Assembly (NCBI RefSeq): GCF_963676685.1
Contig: NC_092350.1
Span: 28,458,001-28,522,000 of the forward strand
DNA from: Mytilus edulis
Lineage: Eukaryota
Reading direction: 5' to 3'
DNA length: 64,000 bases
Part shown: positions 11,101 through 24,900 of the stretch, in pieces
Layout: every line of letters starts with the position of its first letter
How positions within the stretch are numbered: the stretch's first letter is position 1
Program-made: the position numbers and the translations under genes
Notes under the pieces: generated by a model
The model's input: only the letters and a program-made list of their open reading frames with translations
Databases searched by the model: none
Told to the model about the DNA's origin: nothing

Positions 11101-14100
11101 AAAGAAACATTGAAGTGCAACAAAAAACAAAACGACAGTGCAACACCACACAGAAACAAACTATAAGATAACAACAATATCAGAGCATTGCTGCACCTAT
11201 CTGTCTTTTTTTCTTGATAAGTTATTCAATACACATCATCTGATTCATAAATATTTATACACTGATCCGGAAACCAAATGTACATAAACTATTTTGAATT
11301 AGAGAAGATATGGGTTTTGAATCCCAGAGACCAATGTTAACCATGTTAACGTTACAATCTTACTATTCTGAATTTGTAGACTCTGACAAATTGCTTCTGC
11401 TCTTTCAAAGTTGTCTTTCATTTCCTCGAACTCTAGCACCTTCTGGTCTAAACAAACATTTACCAGGAATTAAAAATTTATAACTGGTCAGATTGTTTCA
11501 CGATTATGAAAAAAGATGCGAATCAATTGTGAAAGTATAATTTTGCCGCCCGTGCTTGCCTCAGATTAATTTCTAGATATCACGTGAAATTTATAATGAA
11601 GTGTTTAGAACAGCTGAATTTAGATTGTTTCCTTTCTTCAAATGGCAATGAATTATTTATTTTCCATTAGTAAACGTTCAGTTATACATTTCGATTATAA
11701 TCAAGCTTTTGGCCTTTTGGACAATCAAACGATACTCCTCGAATATATAATAAGCTTAATTTTAAATTCTTTTGGATAGTTTCCTCATTTTCAATTGCTT
11801 GCATTACAATACAGTTCGTAGTGTCCTTGGACTGTTTTCTGTTCTTTGGTCGGGTGAAAATGTCTCTTTGACGCATTCCCCCTTTCCATTCTCAATTTTA
11901 TTTAGCTTTTCTATGAGTTTTGTATGCTTTTGTGAATCTTTCTTTTTATTGGTATACAAGAAATAATATTAATGCATAAACTTACCTATATCCCTCAACA
12001 ATACTGCATTTAAAGTCTGTACCTCGTCTACCTCAGAATGTAAACGGTGATTGCCTGGTTTAGAGAGATGTGAAAGTCGGTGATTATGACAATTATTATA
12101 ATTTACAAATAAAGTAATGGAAGAAAAGGTTAAAAGAAAGTAAAAAATGGTTACATTTACAAGGGCGTATATATGGTGCATTTGTATTTCTGTTAAAGAT
12201 TTGCATATCTTTTACCAAGAAATAATCGATTTTTTTTATTCAGGTATGGCTGTTTAATGCTTTTGTTCCTAAAAAAGCGAAGGCCGATAGAATGCTAATC
12301 CAGTTGCGAGGAATACATTTTTTTCTTCATATGGTAAAAAGGCCAAAAAATCTATATGGTATAAAACCAATAATATGTATTTACCTGTTGTCCTTGACCT
12401 CGTTTTCATTGTTTAATGGCAGAATTAAAAATCTTTATATGTTTTTATCACGGGGTATGTTTAGTTATCGTGAGTAATAGTTCAATTATCTTTTATATAA
12501 TCATCGCAAGGTATAACTAAAATCATGCGCTTTGGTCAATTCACAATTTCATTATAGAAACTAGGATTAAAATTGAGTACACAAGTCGCGCGTTTCGTCT
12601 ACACAAGACTCATCAGTGACGTCGAAAGGTCACATAAAGTATGAGGTTGAAGAGCATTTAATTGAACACTCCTTAACGTTTGCCAAATACACCTAAAGGT
12701 TATTCCGTTCTGTATCCTACACTTTGAAAATATTTTCAGTCACTATCAGTAAAAGATCAAATACATCGGACGTATATATCATTGAAAAGTCTTCATGACC
12801 TTCTGAATTGGTGTATTTAATCTTGTTTGAATTGAGCTGGGATCAGTGCCATATTTTTGTAAACTACTTGATGTCAAAGACTATACATACAATTCATATC
12901 ATAATCAACAAAACAGGCAAGGCATTTCACCGCATATATCTTGTTATTTAAAAGATCGACGATGTAAATACCCTTATGCGTGTTGGTTTTAGTTTACAGG
13001 CATACACAGTAATGTTTTTAATGGTATACGACAGTAAAATCTGATAAAATACTGCGCTACCCATTGTTAACACGAAAGAAATACAGACAAAACTCTCCGT
13101 TATAATGTAGGTAAAGCACGAACAAGTTTGCATAAAGTCACATTCTTTTGGTTAAGTATACAAAACATTATTTGAATATCTTCATTTCACTAACCACCAT
13201 TTGATTGATTCTGCCGCAAATTTTCAATAGTTGCTGTAAGTTCATTAACAGAATCCTTCAGTCTAGTCCTTTCAACAATCAGTTCTGTAAAGTATATCAC
13301 AGAGTCTATATTAAGGACTATAAACAAGGAATTATTTCAGAAAATATGTGAACCACTACGTTCTCTCTAGATATGAAATTTATTTGTACGAGGCTTTTAA
13401 ACACAAGTAACATTGGTGATCACATGAAATCTGCCTAATATTGGAAAAAGTAAAATCACAAAAATACTGAACTTAGAGGAAGATCAATTGGGAAAGTCCA
13501 TAATCACATGGCAAAATCAAATAACAAAACGCATCAAAAACGAATGGACAAGAACTGTCATATTCCTGACTTGGTACAGGCATTTTCAAATGTAGAAAAT
13601 GGTAGATTAAACCTGGTTCTATAGCGCTAACCCTCTCACTTTAATGACAGTCTCATCAATTTCCGATATTTTTACATTGATGCGTTAAATAAACAGACAC
13701 AATAAATATAATAGTCAAAATATGGGTACATCAGTCATCATCGTTTAACAATTTTAAAAGGAACAATTTAACAGAACACAAAAACATCTACTATCTACGA
13801 ACACATTTATTGATTTGAGTGTCTGACGTCAGAAAATTTTATACGTCACATAAATTTGTCGTTCAATGTACGTACAAACAATTTTAAAATTTTCATGGGA
13901 ATGTTAGCATACAGGGTTAAAAAATCAAAAGTATGTAAGAATAAATTTAAGAAATAGACCGAGATTTAAACTAGTCCAAAAGTTATATATAGAATTTATA
14001 AGAATCCAAAAATAGTTAATTTCACTACGCAATTGAATGATTTTGACGTTTGTGGTTCAACGTATATTGTAATTCATAATAGAAATATCGCATTAGACCA

Positions 14101-14880
14101 GCTTAATTTTTTTTAATTTATCTTTGTATTATTGTACTTTCGAGTACGAGAACGAAAGACCAATACATTTTAGATTATCTTTCGCTAATCTCTACAGTTG
14201 TGTATAAAACAGTTAGAAATAAAAAAAAAATACATGTTGCCCTTTAAATTTTATCAGAAATTGCCTGAATAGAATGTTAAATAAACCCCAACATATAGCC
14301 AATTAAAGGTAGCCTGGAGATGTTTGAGGGACAATTTTATAAGGAAGAATAAAACTAAAATGGCCATGGAAATAAAAATAATCAGAAATAAAACCTTTCT
14401 ATGTCAACAATTATATTATAATAATGATATGTACTAATAAAGAATTGCAAAGCTTTGATGTAGATCCGTGAAGGAAAATTTGACAGAGATACGAAAGTGC
14501 GATGTAAATTTCCCTAATGTTAAAGAGAAGCAGAAGAAACGAAAGGGATAATAGAAACACATGAAAAAAGTCAGATTAGATTAAAAACACTGTATTAAAA
14601 AAAAAGGAAATTGACTAAGGACAAACAATGGTCTACAAAATATTAAATGACTAGGACTAAACAACCTGAATCCCTACGAAAACTTTGATAACTAACCTCT
14701 GATAGATTCAGTGTCCAAGTATATAGACTGTACTGTTGTAATTGATTCCCTGCACTCTGGACATCGATTGTTGTGTCTATTTCTCCAGTCACTGATACAT
14801 TGATTGCAGTAAAGGTGTCCACAAGGAACACAGCACACTGGTTGTACTAGGTATTCAAGGCAAATGGAGCATATTGTCAT
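8193..14880 (-). CDS. Six-exon RING (C3HC4) - coiled coil - multi-transmembrane protein, ~311 aa, putative membrane E3 ligase. Exons 14880-14697, 13284-13195, 12054-11986, 11447-11364, 10333-10271, 8638-8193
   Basis: All introns are GT-AG and phase 1; internal exons are 90/69/84/63 nt and stop-free; total 936 nt. RING CSICLEYLVQPVCCVPCGHLYCNQCISDW..CPECR, heptad-rich middle exons, hydrophobic last exon. Confidence 0.8.
10687..10750 (+). repeat. Fragment of an interspersed repeat also found at 11830-11900 (-) and 61930-62146 (+)
   Basis: Shared gaatggaaa(t/c)ggggaatgtgtcaaag(c/a)gacaaca sequence. Confidence 0.7.
12579..12621 (-). ncRNA. Minimal type I hammerhead ribozyme motif (cleavage triplet mutated to GAC), Penelope/retrozyme-type repeat
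   Basis: Minus strand: cgtca CTGATGA gtct tgtgt agac GAAA cgcgc gac. Confidence 0.65.
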
Positions 14881-15816
14881 TGTGACTTTTGACCTTTTCG
14901 ACCAATTAAATTTGTGCATGAAATAAGATAGATCCATAATATAATATTTCAAATTGACTTTAAAAACAGACAACAAAAGAATTTAATACGAATTCCAGAC
15001 AATATCAGTCGCTGTTGTATACTTACTTGTTTTATGTTATCAAACAAAACATGAAGTCTTAACAATTTGTAAAGAGTTCGCACATAAATCCCGTGTCCTT
15101 CTGTGCTGGACAACCAGGACAAGTGTATTTTTCAAGGATGTAAATGAACATTTAAAGTAGATTATAGTGTACTAGTATGTGTCTATTCATTTTATGCCCC
15201 TCTAGGTTATACAGTTCAATCTTCATACAACCTTGATATTCAAATCTTTGGGTTGATTCTTACTGATTGAGATAAATACCAATAACACCTTCTGACTCGG
15301 ACGAACTAAATTTATGCAGTTTTTGTCTGTTATTTTCTAGCATAAAGTTCAATTCGTTTAATCTGAACAAAAGAAATCAGGGAATTTATTCAGTAGGCTT
15401 GCGAATTTGGTGCATCGGGATGAAGGGAGAAAAATTCAACAGTCACTGTAAAATTATGGTGAAATAGATAGGGACATAACTTTAACCATGTAACAGGTAA
15501 CATTAGGACTCAACGAAAATGTGTTTAATTTGTTCAGTTGTGTACAGGGAATGTTACATACTGTAAATGTTATTCATCTTAATCAGAAAGAATCGACCAA
15601 AAGATCGGGATTAGGTATATTTGCTACTTTACATTCCCTTAACAAAGCATCGAATTTAACATCCCTATACTGACCGTACGTGACTGTGTATCAATATATC
15701 TCGCGCAGCAAAATGGACGCAGGTACAAGAGATATATGTTATCACCTTACACGTTATAAATGTTATCTCACCTTATTCATAGATCAGTTTGTTTCTCGTA
15801 ACTTCCTGGTGTGAGA

Positions 15817-15914
15817 TAACCCGAATAATCCAGTCGTTATATTCCGACTCACTATCGATCGCTACATTAACGAGAGGACACTGACCGATAGAGGGCGCTG
15901 AATTATTCGAGTTA
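15817..15914. mobile_element. 98-bp MITE, 17-bp TIRs, 9-bp TSD GGTGTGAGA (Mutator-like)
   Basis: taacccgaataatccag ... ctgaattattcgagtta (15/17 complementary), flanked by ggtgtgaga at 15808-15816 and 15915-15923. Confidence 0.8.
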
Positions 15915-18900
15915 GGTGTGAGATAATCAAATTGATGATTTAATTATAGATTACCGTTGATCATCTCAGCGCAGTTGATTTTGTTTCGTTTGCGCTGGTA
16001 CGGCGAAAGTGAGAAATGCAATCGAGTTGTTATTGCTATTTGGCTGATGATGACGTTGTTAATTTCATTAGCCACGTGCACGTGCGCCCTTAGTTTCTAG
16101 TGATAATTGCATGAACCCCTGAGGGGTTTCATGCTTATATATTGGCGAGTTTTGGATGTGTCTATGGGCCACTCGATATCTCTCGGCCGGAAGTTAGAAT
16201 AAAATTCTCGTAACGTCTCGTAAGTTTTCGGTCATTTATACAGGTCTTAACAGGTTGTTATCTACGTCTTTGATATGGTCCCTTGATGGCCCTTGACAAC
16301 GCAATTATATTTGTTTTAAAATGACCGCTGTACACTGTGTATATCTGGGTCAATTATAACGTGGTATTGTCTGTTGACTCGATAACATGTAAAGTAATTA
16401 TGTTTGAAGATTTAACCACGGGATACTGTGTATTTCACCATAGACTTGCGGGAGAGAACATTCTGGTTAAAATAATAATATTAGATCGAAAAACAGAAAG
16501 ATGATATTCTTATCAAAAGTTATTTAATTCAATCGGAATCAAAGAAATATTTAGAGTTGCAATTAAGAAATACGTATTTTATATGGCAATATACTCTGCT
16601 TAATTTTGTATTTTTGTAAACATGGTAAAGGAAACATAGAATTTAAATCTAAATAAATTCTTGCATCCTACAAAAAAAAATGTTTATAAACAATAATCAT
16701 TATATTTCTACGTTAATTATTTCATACTATTTTAGTATTTAACTTTTATGAGTAATTATTATTTATTTTTTTGTATTGTAATATATCCATAAAACGGAAA
16801 GTAAGATAAATTTTGTTCAATATTTAAATTTTAAACGATCTTGAATAAAAATACTTGTGTGTTTTCTAATCATAAAGCATGATTTTAAATCCTTGCAGCT
16901 CACAACAACCGTAAAATGATTTACAATAATCACAACAAAATTTAATTACAATTATATTAATGTTGATTATTTTATACTATTTTAGTATGGATTTAGAAGT
17001 CTTTGCTTATAGTTTGTATAGTAATATATTCATAAAGTGGAATGTTAGAATTTAAAAATAGATCCATTTGATAAATAAAATGTCCATCCGTAAATACTTG
17101 ACGTTCTTGTTTCTTGATATTATATTATATTCAAAAGAATTTGATAAAAATGCTAACAGTAAAATAAATGTTAGTTTATTATAAAATTTTAATTCAACTT
17201 TGTTTGTTGTTTTAATAGTTTAACCTTATAGCATTTACATATTTGTACTATGGTACTGTTTTGAAAATTGTATTCACTGTGTTGACCTCAGGTGTTGACC
17301 AACTATCCTTCACGTCTTGATTCATTCACATTATAGATCACATTTCAAAAGCACATGCACTATCGGTTTGCGTTCTTAAAAATTCCGGATAAAATGTCAA
17401 TGATTCCGGATTCAAAACCTTTAATGTAGGCCGTTTGATATTCGAATTCAACTATAAGTTTAAGCAAGGAATTGTGTATTTAAAAATATACAATTCCTTG
17501 GTTTAAGATATGTGATGACGCAAATGCGTATTCTTTTCCTGAGTATCAGTGAGATGCTTTCTATTTACTATTTCGTGCGCTAAAATACTACTTGCTTAAA
17601 ATTCACTCGTGAAAGCTTATTTTCGTTTTTGTTATCTATAAATTCAGGACAAGATAGAAAGAGCTTTACATGTGACTTTCAGCACGGTCATCATTACTAA
17701 CGGTATTCTAACCTCGAGTTGTTTCTCTTTTGTTTCTTTTTTGAGTCACTGTTCTATTATAAACTTTGACCTTTTAGAAAAGCTAATGATTGTCTACCCA
17801 AGGAATAGATTCATTAACTTTGTAATGTATTTAGCAGCCTTTTAACTTTTTTCATTCGAGCGTCACTGATGCTTTATATTTGTAGACTTAACTTGTGTCT
17901 GGCGTACATCATTTTAATTCTGGTATCTTTTTATATCTACATACCTTTTTATATAAATTGATTATTTTAAAAGTATGTACAGGTATTCATAAACTTCTGA
18001 GTTAATAAATTCTTCAGCGAAATTAAGTTTCCCTGTAAAATCAGGAAACCTTAAAATTTGAGATGTTTTATGAGACCAAAATAAGTCTCTTCATAAGAGT
18101 TCCCAATCAATTGCATGCCACAGGTTTCACCGCAAACAACATCTACCATGAGTAAAGACAGCTTCAAATACGAGTTGAGAATATATAGGCATTCATGTAG
18201 GAAACGAAATATAAAGATATCATAGTTAAAATAAATGCATCCAGAATTCCAGATTATAAAGCAAACTTAGTGCATAAATTTAAATTGCGATAGCTAAATT
18301 GTGCAATTTGGTAAGTAGAAATCAGGATTTGCCAAAGGGTTATAATCGGAAAAATTATGTACATTCCCAAGTAATAAATAAAATAGTCGAGCTTTAAAAT
18401 AACAATTCAAACAGAAGCTGTAAATATATACTTTCATCTGGCTTCTTCTATTCACAGTCAATTATTTCAATTCAAAGGCAAACACAAATTCAGCAACAAT
18501 CTTTTGGTGACCCGGCAGTCAGCGGTCTTAGGTTCATGTATTGCTTTTTCTTCTTTTTTTAAAGAAAGCAACTTGTTTTTCATATCAGTCTACTGTGCTG
18601 AGAAAGGAAATTACCAGTCAGTAAGATCACAGTAAAATGGCGATAAAAGTAGCTAATATCAAAGTGTTTTTGGTTAAACGTGCTGATTCTTTTCGATGTG
18701 CATTTCGAGATTGACTTTCTGCAGGAGAGGCTCATAGCGACAAGTTGAGATCAAAATGTTCTGCCTAATGTAGTCTCTTTAGGGTTCCTTTTTCATAAAG
18801 CTGCTACACTTTCTACATATTTGTACACCACTGTCTCTCATATGTTTGGGTTCATGCGGTATTAATGAAGGAAAATTTAGAAAAGTGCCTTTGATTTACA

Positions 18901-19408
18901 CAATTTATAATGTTATTTTGATTTAGTATCAGTGAGATCTGAAATTCCACAGAGTACTTACGATTCACGAGAAGCTAGGGCATCAAGAGGAACAACAGGC
19001 GGAAGGTCCGTGTAACACTTATCAATTCAAAGTTTTAAAAAGTTTTGAAATTTTGGATTTTTGGAATTTTGATCAAAGTTTTAAAATATCAAAATTTCAA
19101 ATTGTGTAAAAGTTTTGAAATTTTGAAATTTTAACCAAATTATTAAAATATTAAAATTCTAAATATCGTTTATAAATTTGATAGTTTAGGAATTTGATCA
19201 AACTTTTAAAATACTAAAAGTTTAAACCTTACGTGAAATTTTGATTATTTCACTTTTTGAAAGTTTGATTTTTTAGATTTTTGATTAAGATATCAAAGAT
19301 AGAAAAGGGGCGAAAAGAGGGGTACCTGTAAACACTGATGTAAACACGGCTCTGATAACAATTACTCTTAGTTATAAATAAATAGCACGAAATATATCAA
19401 AATTTTTT

Positions 19409-19464
19409 TACCTCACCTGGCCCGAAGGGCCAAGTGAGCTTTTCTCATCACTTTGCGTCCGGCG
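19409..19464 (+). mobile_element. Isolated 5'-terminal fragment of HINE family A
   Basis: ctcacctggcccgaagggccaagtgagcttttctcatcac is the reverse complement of the ends at 52858, 53921, 56332 and 60110. Confidence 0.85.
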
Positions 19465-20477
19465 AGGATTTTTTTTTTTTATCGGTTATTTATTTTTTGT
19501 AAACTAAGAGGACAGATTATTCATTTTCTGCACTATTGAAGCAAGATTTTTCCTTTTCATTAAAGCAAGGGACTGATTATTCATTTTCACATGTATTGGC
19601 AAACATACTACGCCGAGCGGAGCGAGTCAAATTTTTTTTAAGGGTTTTGGAGCCACAGAAGGCCCAAGAAGCTATAGAACAAATGATGCAAAATCATGCT
19701 TTCTGGGTGTTCCGAAGACCCTTTCATAATCTGAAAATGAAGTTTTGTTTTAATAATTTTTTGACAATATTTTGGTCTCAAAGCAAAATGTATAAATTCA
19801 GTGTAAGACTGAAGTTTCTAGGGACAACATCAAAAGACCAATGTGCATGATAAAGCACATAGTTAAGCGTGTTTTTTTAAACTCATGATCAAGTTCATAA
19901 CAAAATTACTAGATTACAAAAGGAATGCAACACTAACAGAATACAGAAGGGCAATCAATGAACAAAAGACAAATAAATAAGAAACATTGATCCCGAAAAA
20001 TCAGGCTATAAGTCTGAGGGAAAACAAGACTTGCAAGGCCGTGAACACAACATGATATGGAGACAAGCGTTTGGTTTTGAAATTTCCTACATGTAGTTAC
20101 GGCCCTGTTAAAATAAAAGTGAGGTAAGGTTTCCTGAGAAAATATGTCTCAAGTTAAATGAAACCAATTTTCAGACATTTCAAGTATATTTAAATAATAT
20201 TTATACTTTTGTTATTAAAAAATTTGGGAAGTGTTTCCCGATTGTTTTGGGGAAAAAAGATGAATTTATAAAGAATCTGGTGCCATCTCATACTTTCGAT
20301 TAGACCTGCTGAGTTATTTATTTTCTATTAATTGCAAGTCAGGTAATTTATGTTCAAACTACCACAGAACAAACCATTTATTTTTGTGATTATCAAGGCT
20401 GAGTTATTTATTTTCAAAATCCTCCTGCCCCCCGCCCCCCCCCCCCCCCCAAGAATATCAAATGGTCGTCCCCTTAA
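19465..20477. mobile_element. Truncated non-autonomous DNA transposon with right end ...atcaaatggtcgtcccc|TTAA (Kolobok/piggyBac-like)
   Basis: Poly-C tract, TIR-like end and TTAA. No matching left TIR found. Confidence 0.4.
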
Positions 20478-21916
20478 TGAAGTTTGGAGTGCATTTCTTT
20501 CAAACCAACATTATGTAAACGTTGTGTGTAAGTAGAAACAAATAAATTGTTTAATCAGTGTTTACTGACCCTGTTAGAACTTTCAATAATGCTTGCACAT
20601 GTTGGTAAAAAGACTTTTTGCAAACGTAGAAAAAAATACATCGTTTAATCAGGTTGAACTGTTAGAAACAAATGTAGCGTTTGTACTAACAAACGATGAA
20701 CGACAAACTGTAGACGCATTTTTAGCGAGTTCATAGTTTGTCAAAGTTTATGTAAACTTTGCAAGCGTATGTTAGAAACAAATGAGCGCTAATATATAAT
20801 TTATAGTCGTTTGCATCGTATGTGTTAGAAAAAAATACACTCTAAAATTCTTAGATGCTCACGTTATAACGGTTCCCGCGTGGACTGAAGAACAGGTCAG
20901 ATCGACCAAGATAGAGATTAAGCAAAGATCCATTGAAATCAACGCAGCAAATATCACGTGAATACTGATACCGACTATCGATACTATCAGGATAAACTTA
21001 GAGAGATCTCGCACTTGTTACAATCAAAGCCAAAATACATGTAGTATAATTTGGCACGTGTTATAAGTGAATACCTGTTTTTGATTATCTATGATTATTA
21101 ATAAGTGGACCACTCAAACGTCAACTTGTACTTTAGATAATCCCCTACTCCGACTTGGCATCAATTCTCTCCCTTTTGAACATTTTTCTGTTAATAGTAA
21201 ATGAGTACAGTACCCAAACTACATAAACTTCGACTCTTAATGATGATGTTAGAACCAATGACTAGGATGCCAGTGTTGAAGAATTAGTTTTATATTATCA
21301 AAGATGTAGATCTTGTTTTGTGTGAAACTACTTGTAGTCCAGCGGATATCAGAATAATTGATCACTTTATGGTAAAAGCATGAAACTTGGCAAAATGAAA
21401 GATTAAAGGGTATAGACAAAATTCAGATATGGAGCCACGAACAAAAAATCCAATATGGCCGCCAAATTCAAGATGGCCGACATAAGTATAACATCATTCA
21501 CTTGATGAAGTCTTCCAATTCTAATGAGTTCCAAAGATGTCAGAAACTTAAGGAAATACAATTCAGATATGTTATTTATTATGTTGTTAAACCTTATGGT
21601 ACAGAAATCATCAAAATGGCGTCCAAATTCAAAATGGCGCGTCAAAATGTCTAAGTTTTACCGTATTCGAATGTATACACCATCATTGTGTGATAGCAGA
21701 AAGTTACCAAAGCAGTGAAACTGATCATTTGATATCGACAAAGGCTTACAATGTATCACTTTTACCTGAGTACAAAGATAATATTTTCAAAATGGCGGCA
21801 ATATTCAAAATGACGCCGTTTAACATGTAAAAATTTGACGTTTGTTTTTGAATATGGTATAAAATGATTAAAAAATAATGGATCCAAATGCAGGGAAATC
21901 AAAATAAAGCTCAGTC

Positions 21917-24900
21917 TCAATCGGTTTCTCTTTCACAGTCCGGTGAGCATTTGCATAATGCTGTGCATTTTAGTGCTGCTTTCAAGCATTTACATGCTCC
22001 TCGACATACTTTCTTACAGCCACAGTGGATGAGCTCTTGGCATGACATTGAAGCTTCAGCAAGCACAGACCAGAATGGTACCCAAGTACCATCAAGTTTT
22101 TGCCAACCAAATAAATCTGGTGATGGCATACCTGGATTTGCAACTAAACAATTTCCCCAAATAACACTACCTTGGTAAACTGCACGTTTCGTATGTTGAA
22201 GAAGTGCATCTCTTGTTGGAGGAATATTGTCAATTGTTCTTGTCTTTTGTGTGAATAACTGTTTTCTTAACTCATTCACCGTTTGAGCTGTACTAGAACG
22301 ATCATACAAAAGAACAACATACCGTTCTATTACTTTCAACACTTTTAAAATTTCCACTTCATTTGGATTCTCAATAATCTGCAGAAATGCATCTGACAAC
22401 TCCTCATATACGGACCATGTGTCCCAAGCTGATTTCTTACCTTTCCCAGAAAAAGCTGAGACTGTGTCACAACCGGTAAAAGCATGGAACAGTGGAAAGA
22501 CTTTCGATTTCAATGGTCCTAGAGCAAGGCACAATCCATGAACTGAAATATATCGGAAGTTCTTTCCAGTGCCAAAACCTATCCACAGCTGTTCAATTTG
22601 CAGTCTGTTGAAACAAGAGACAGACAAGACAACAACATCTGTGTCAACTGTTCTGATCAGTATTCTGTTGTGGCCTTTCAGGGAAGCATCTAAGGCATGC
22701 AACAACATTCTAGTATCAGCTTCCTCGTGTGAACATGGGCTTAACAATTCATAGCTGTGTTCTGCAGTATTTCCAAGGGCGTTGATCTTGTCAGTTACTA
22801 CGATCTCATTGTCGATACCAGCACTGGTTATTTTATCAGCGAATAAATGAAACAACTCAATTTTATTTTCATCTAGGCGCAAGAATTCCTGCCAATTTCC
22901 TGGTACATTTGTTTCATCTTGAACTCGTCTTCGAATACCTTTCCCACGTTTTCCTCGAGTAGATGCCTTTAAGCTATTGTCAATGTATGTGTCAAATACA
23001 ATGTCAATTCTTTGTACATCTTTTCCAATATTCTGAAAATACGGTATAAACACTTTTAAAGCGTATTCATTAAATGATTTGATATTGACAGGCTTAAGCA
23101 TATTAACAACTGCAGATCCATCAAGAATAACAGACGACACTACAGGTTTAACATCTGTTGGAGGGGTTAACCTCTCCAGACATTTTGAAAGAAGGTCAGA
23201 TTTTGTTCCTAGACGTATAGTTCCATTTTGACTAAGCGACGGAAGGAAAGCATGATTCTCATGTCTGAAGAAATCGTCAAGGTTTCCATCTCTTGATTGA
23301 CAAGCAATATACAATCTTGAAAATAAAGAACAATTACTTTTCAAAGCCATTAGCTTGTGATCTGTCGTAGACGTTTTCTTTGCAGGAGGTGGTGTTTGAA
23401 AAAGTGGTAACTTATTCCTCTTGATGGTATCAAAGACAGACGTTGTTCGATCAACAAGGCGTTCTTTCGTATACTTTTCAAACTGTTCTTGTCCCAATGA
23501 TTCTATTGTGTTAACAGTTTTAACAACTGATATGTCAACAATGTTCTTCGAATCTAATACAAGCAAATCCTTACTTGTCTCTAAAAACGGATTTCCAAGA
23601 TCATCAATTACATCATACAAAGACACAATGTCATTTCGGAAAGATTCTTCAAAGGATAATGTTTGTTCATGATGAAGTTTATTAGATGCGTTAGTGTTCA
23701 CAAAGCATTCAGTGACATTTTCAAATTCATTTACCAACCTAGCCATTTCAGGCCCTGCAACCATCCATCTACGAAGCGCCCCTGGATTTTCCGTCAACCC
23801 AACAGCACCACCATCTGCTTTAACACAAGCATTATTTTGTTCGTGAGCTTGATCAATAGCCATACAGGAAACATTTTTCTCGGTCTTGTTGACAACAAAG
23901 TTGCCCTCAAGGAATGCTCTGTTGGTTTCTTGGTTCGTTTTTGGTAACTGAACCATATCACGCAGATGAATTGGTAGCCATCGTGAATAGTTGGTGTGAT
24001 CCAAGGCAAAAAACCAAGGAATGATCTTTGAGAGAGCTTAATATATAATGAAAAGTTAGCCTCACGTATAGACCTTATAAATATTAATACTGTCAATTCA
24101 AATCGGAGAGTTGTATACCAAAATTTAAAATGAGGAGATTCTTTAGATCGTTCCAAACACCAGTCTTCAAATTCTAAGGTAACCTCATCATCCCTCAAAA
24201 CATCTTTGTATTGACAGTAAGCATTTGACAATAGACGGTAAAGTGTGCATGCTGTAACTTGGTGTGCTCTACGTGTTTTTGTAACATGAGATGCCTTTAG
24301 GAATGAATCAGCTGTACCTGGTGATGTAACCTGTGCATTTACTAACACACTAGTCCATCCACTATCTTCAAGCCAACTTCCAAGTGCTGTGAATGCAGCC
24401 ATTTCTATGTGTAGGCCACCGAACATCATAACAAAGTGATCCTCATCATATATCTGAGGCCAGTTCCACTGTATTAGTTTTGCTAAAGTGAAAAGGGGTT
24501 GGTCAAAAGCAACAACTGGAGTTTGGCCTGGATTTAGCTTTCTAACAGCGCTACGAATAATGTTCAATGAGTGTCGTATCATTGCAACAGATTTTGCCTG
24601 CTCATGAAACAGAGGTAAAAGGGCAGACACTGCTGGTAATTTATTCCCATCTGGCAGGACTGCAGCATGATAGGCGGACCATGAAATATTTGTACCCACT
24701 GTAGCCCTAACACTTGAATTTTCTGCAACATGTTTCAGCCATTTGAATTCCCCTTTTAATGCAGCTGGGAATGAGAACATATCAATTGAAAGTTCTCCTT
24801 CAACTAATGGAATATCTGGTTCGTTGAATCTTAGTACAGCTGGTGGAAGATTTGAATAACTCTCTGGTAAAAGAGAAACTCTCTTTGACTGACATTTCAA

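Noticed and set aside
18600-18900. Possible decayed coding sequence with CxxC on the minus strand
   Set aside because: Short, interrupted by stops, no family recognisable.
20500-20845. Degenerate gttagaaacaaat repeats
   Set aside because: Irregular spacing and no termini identified, so not classifiable.
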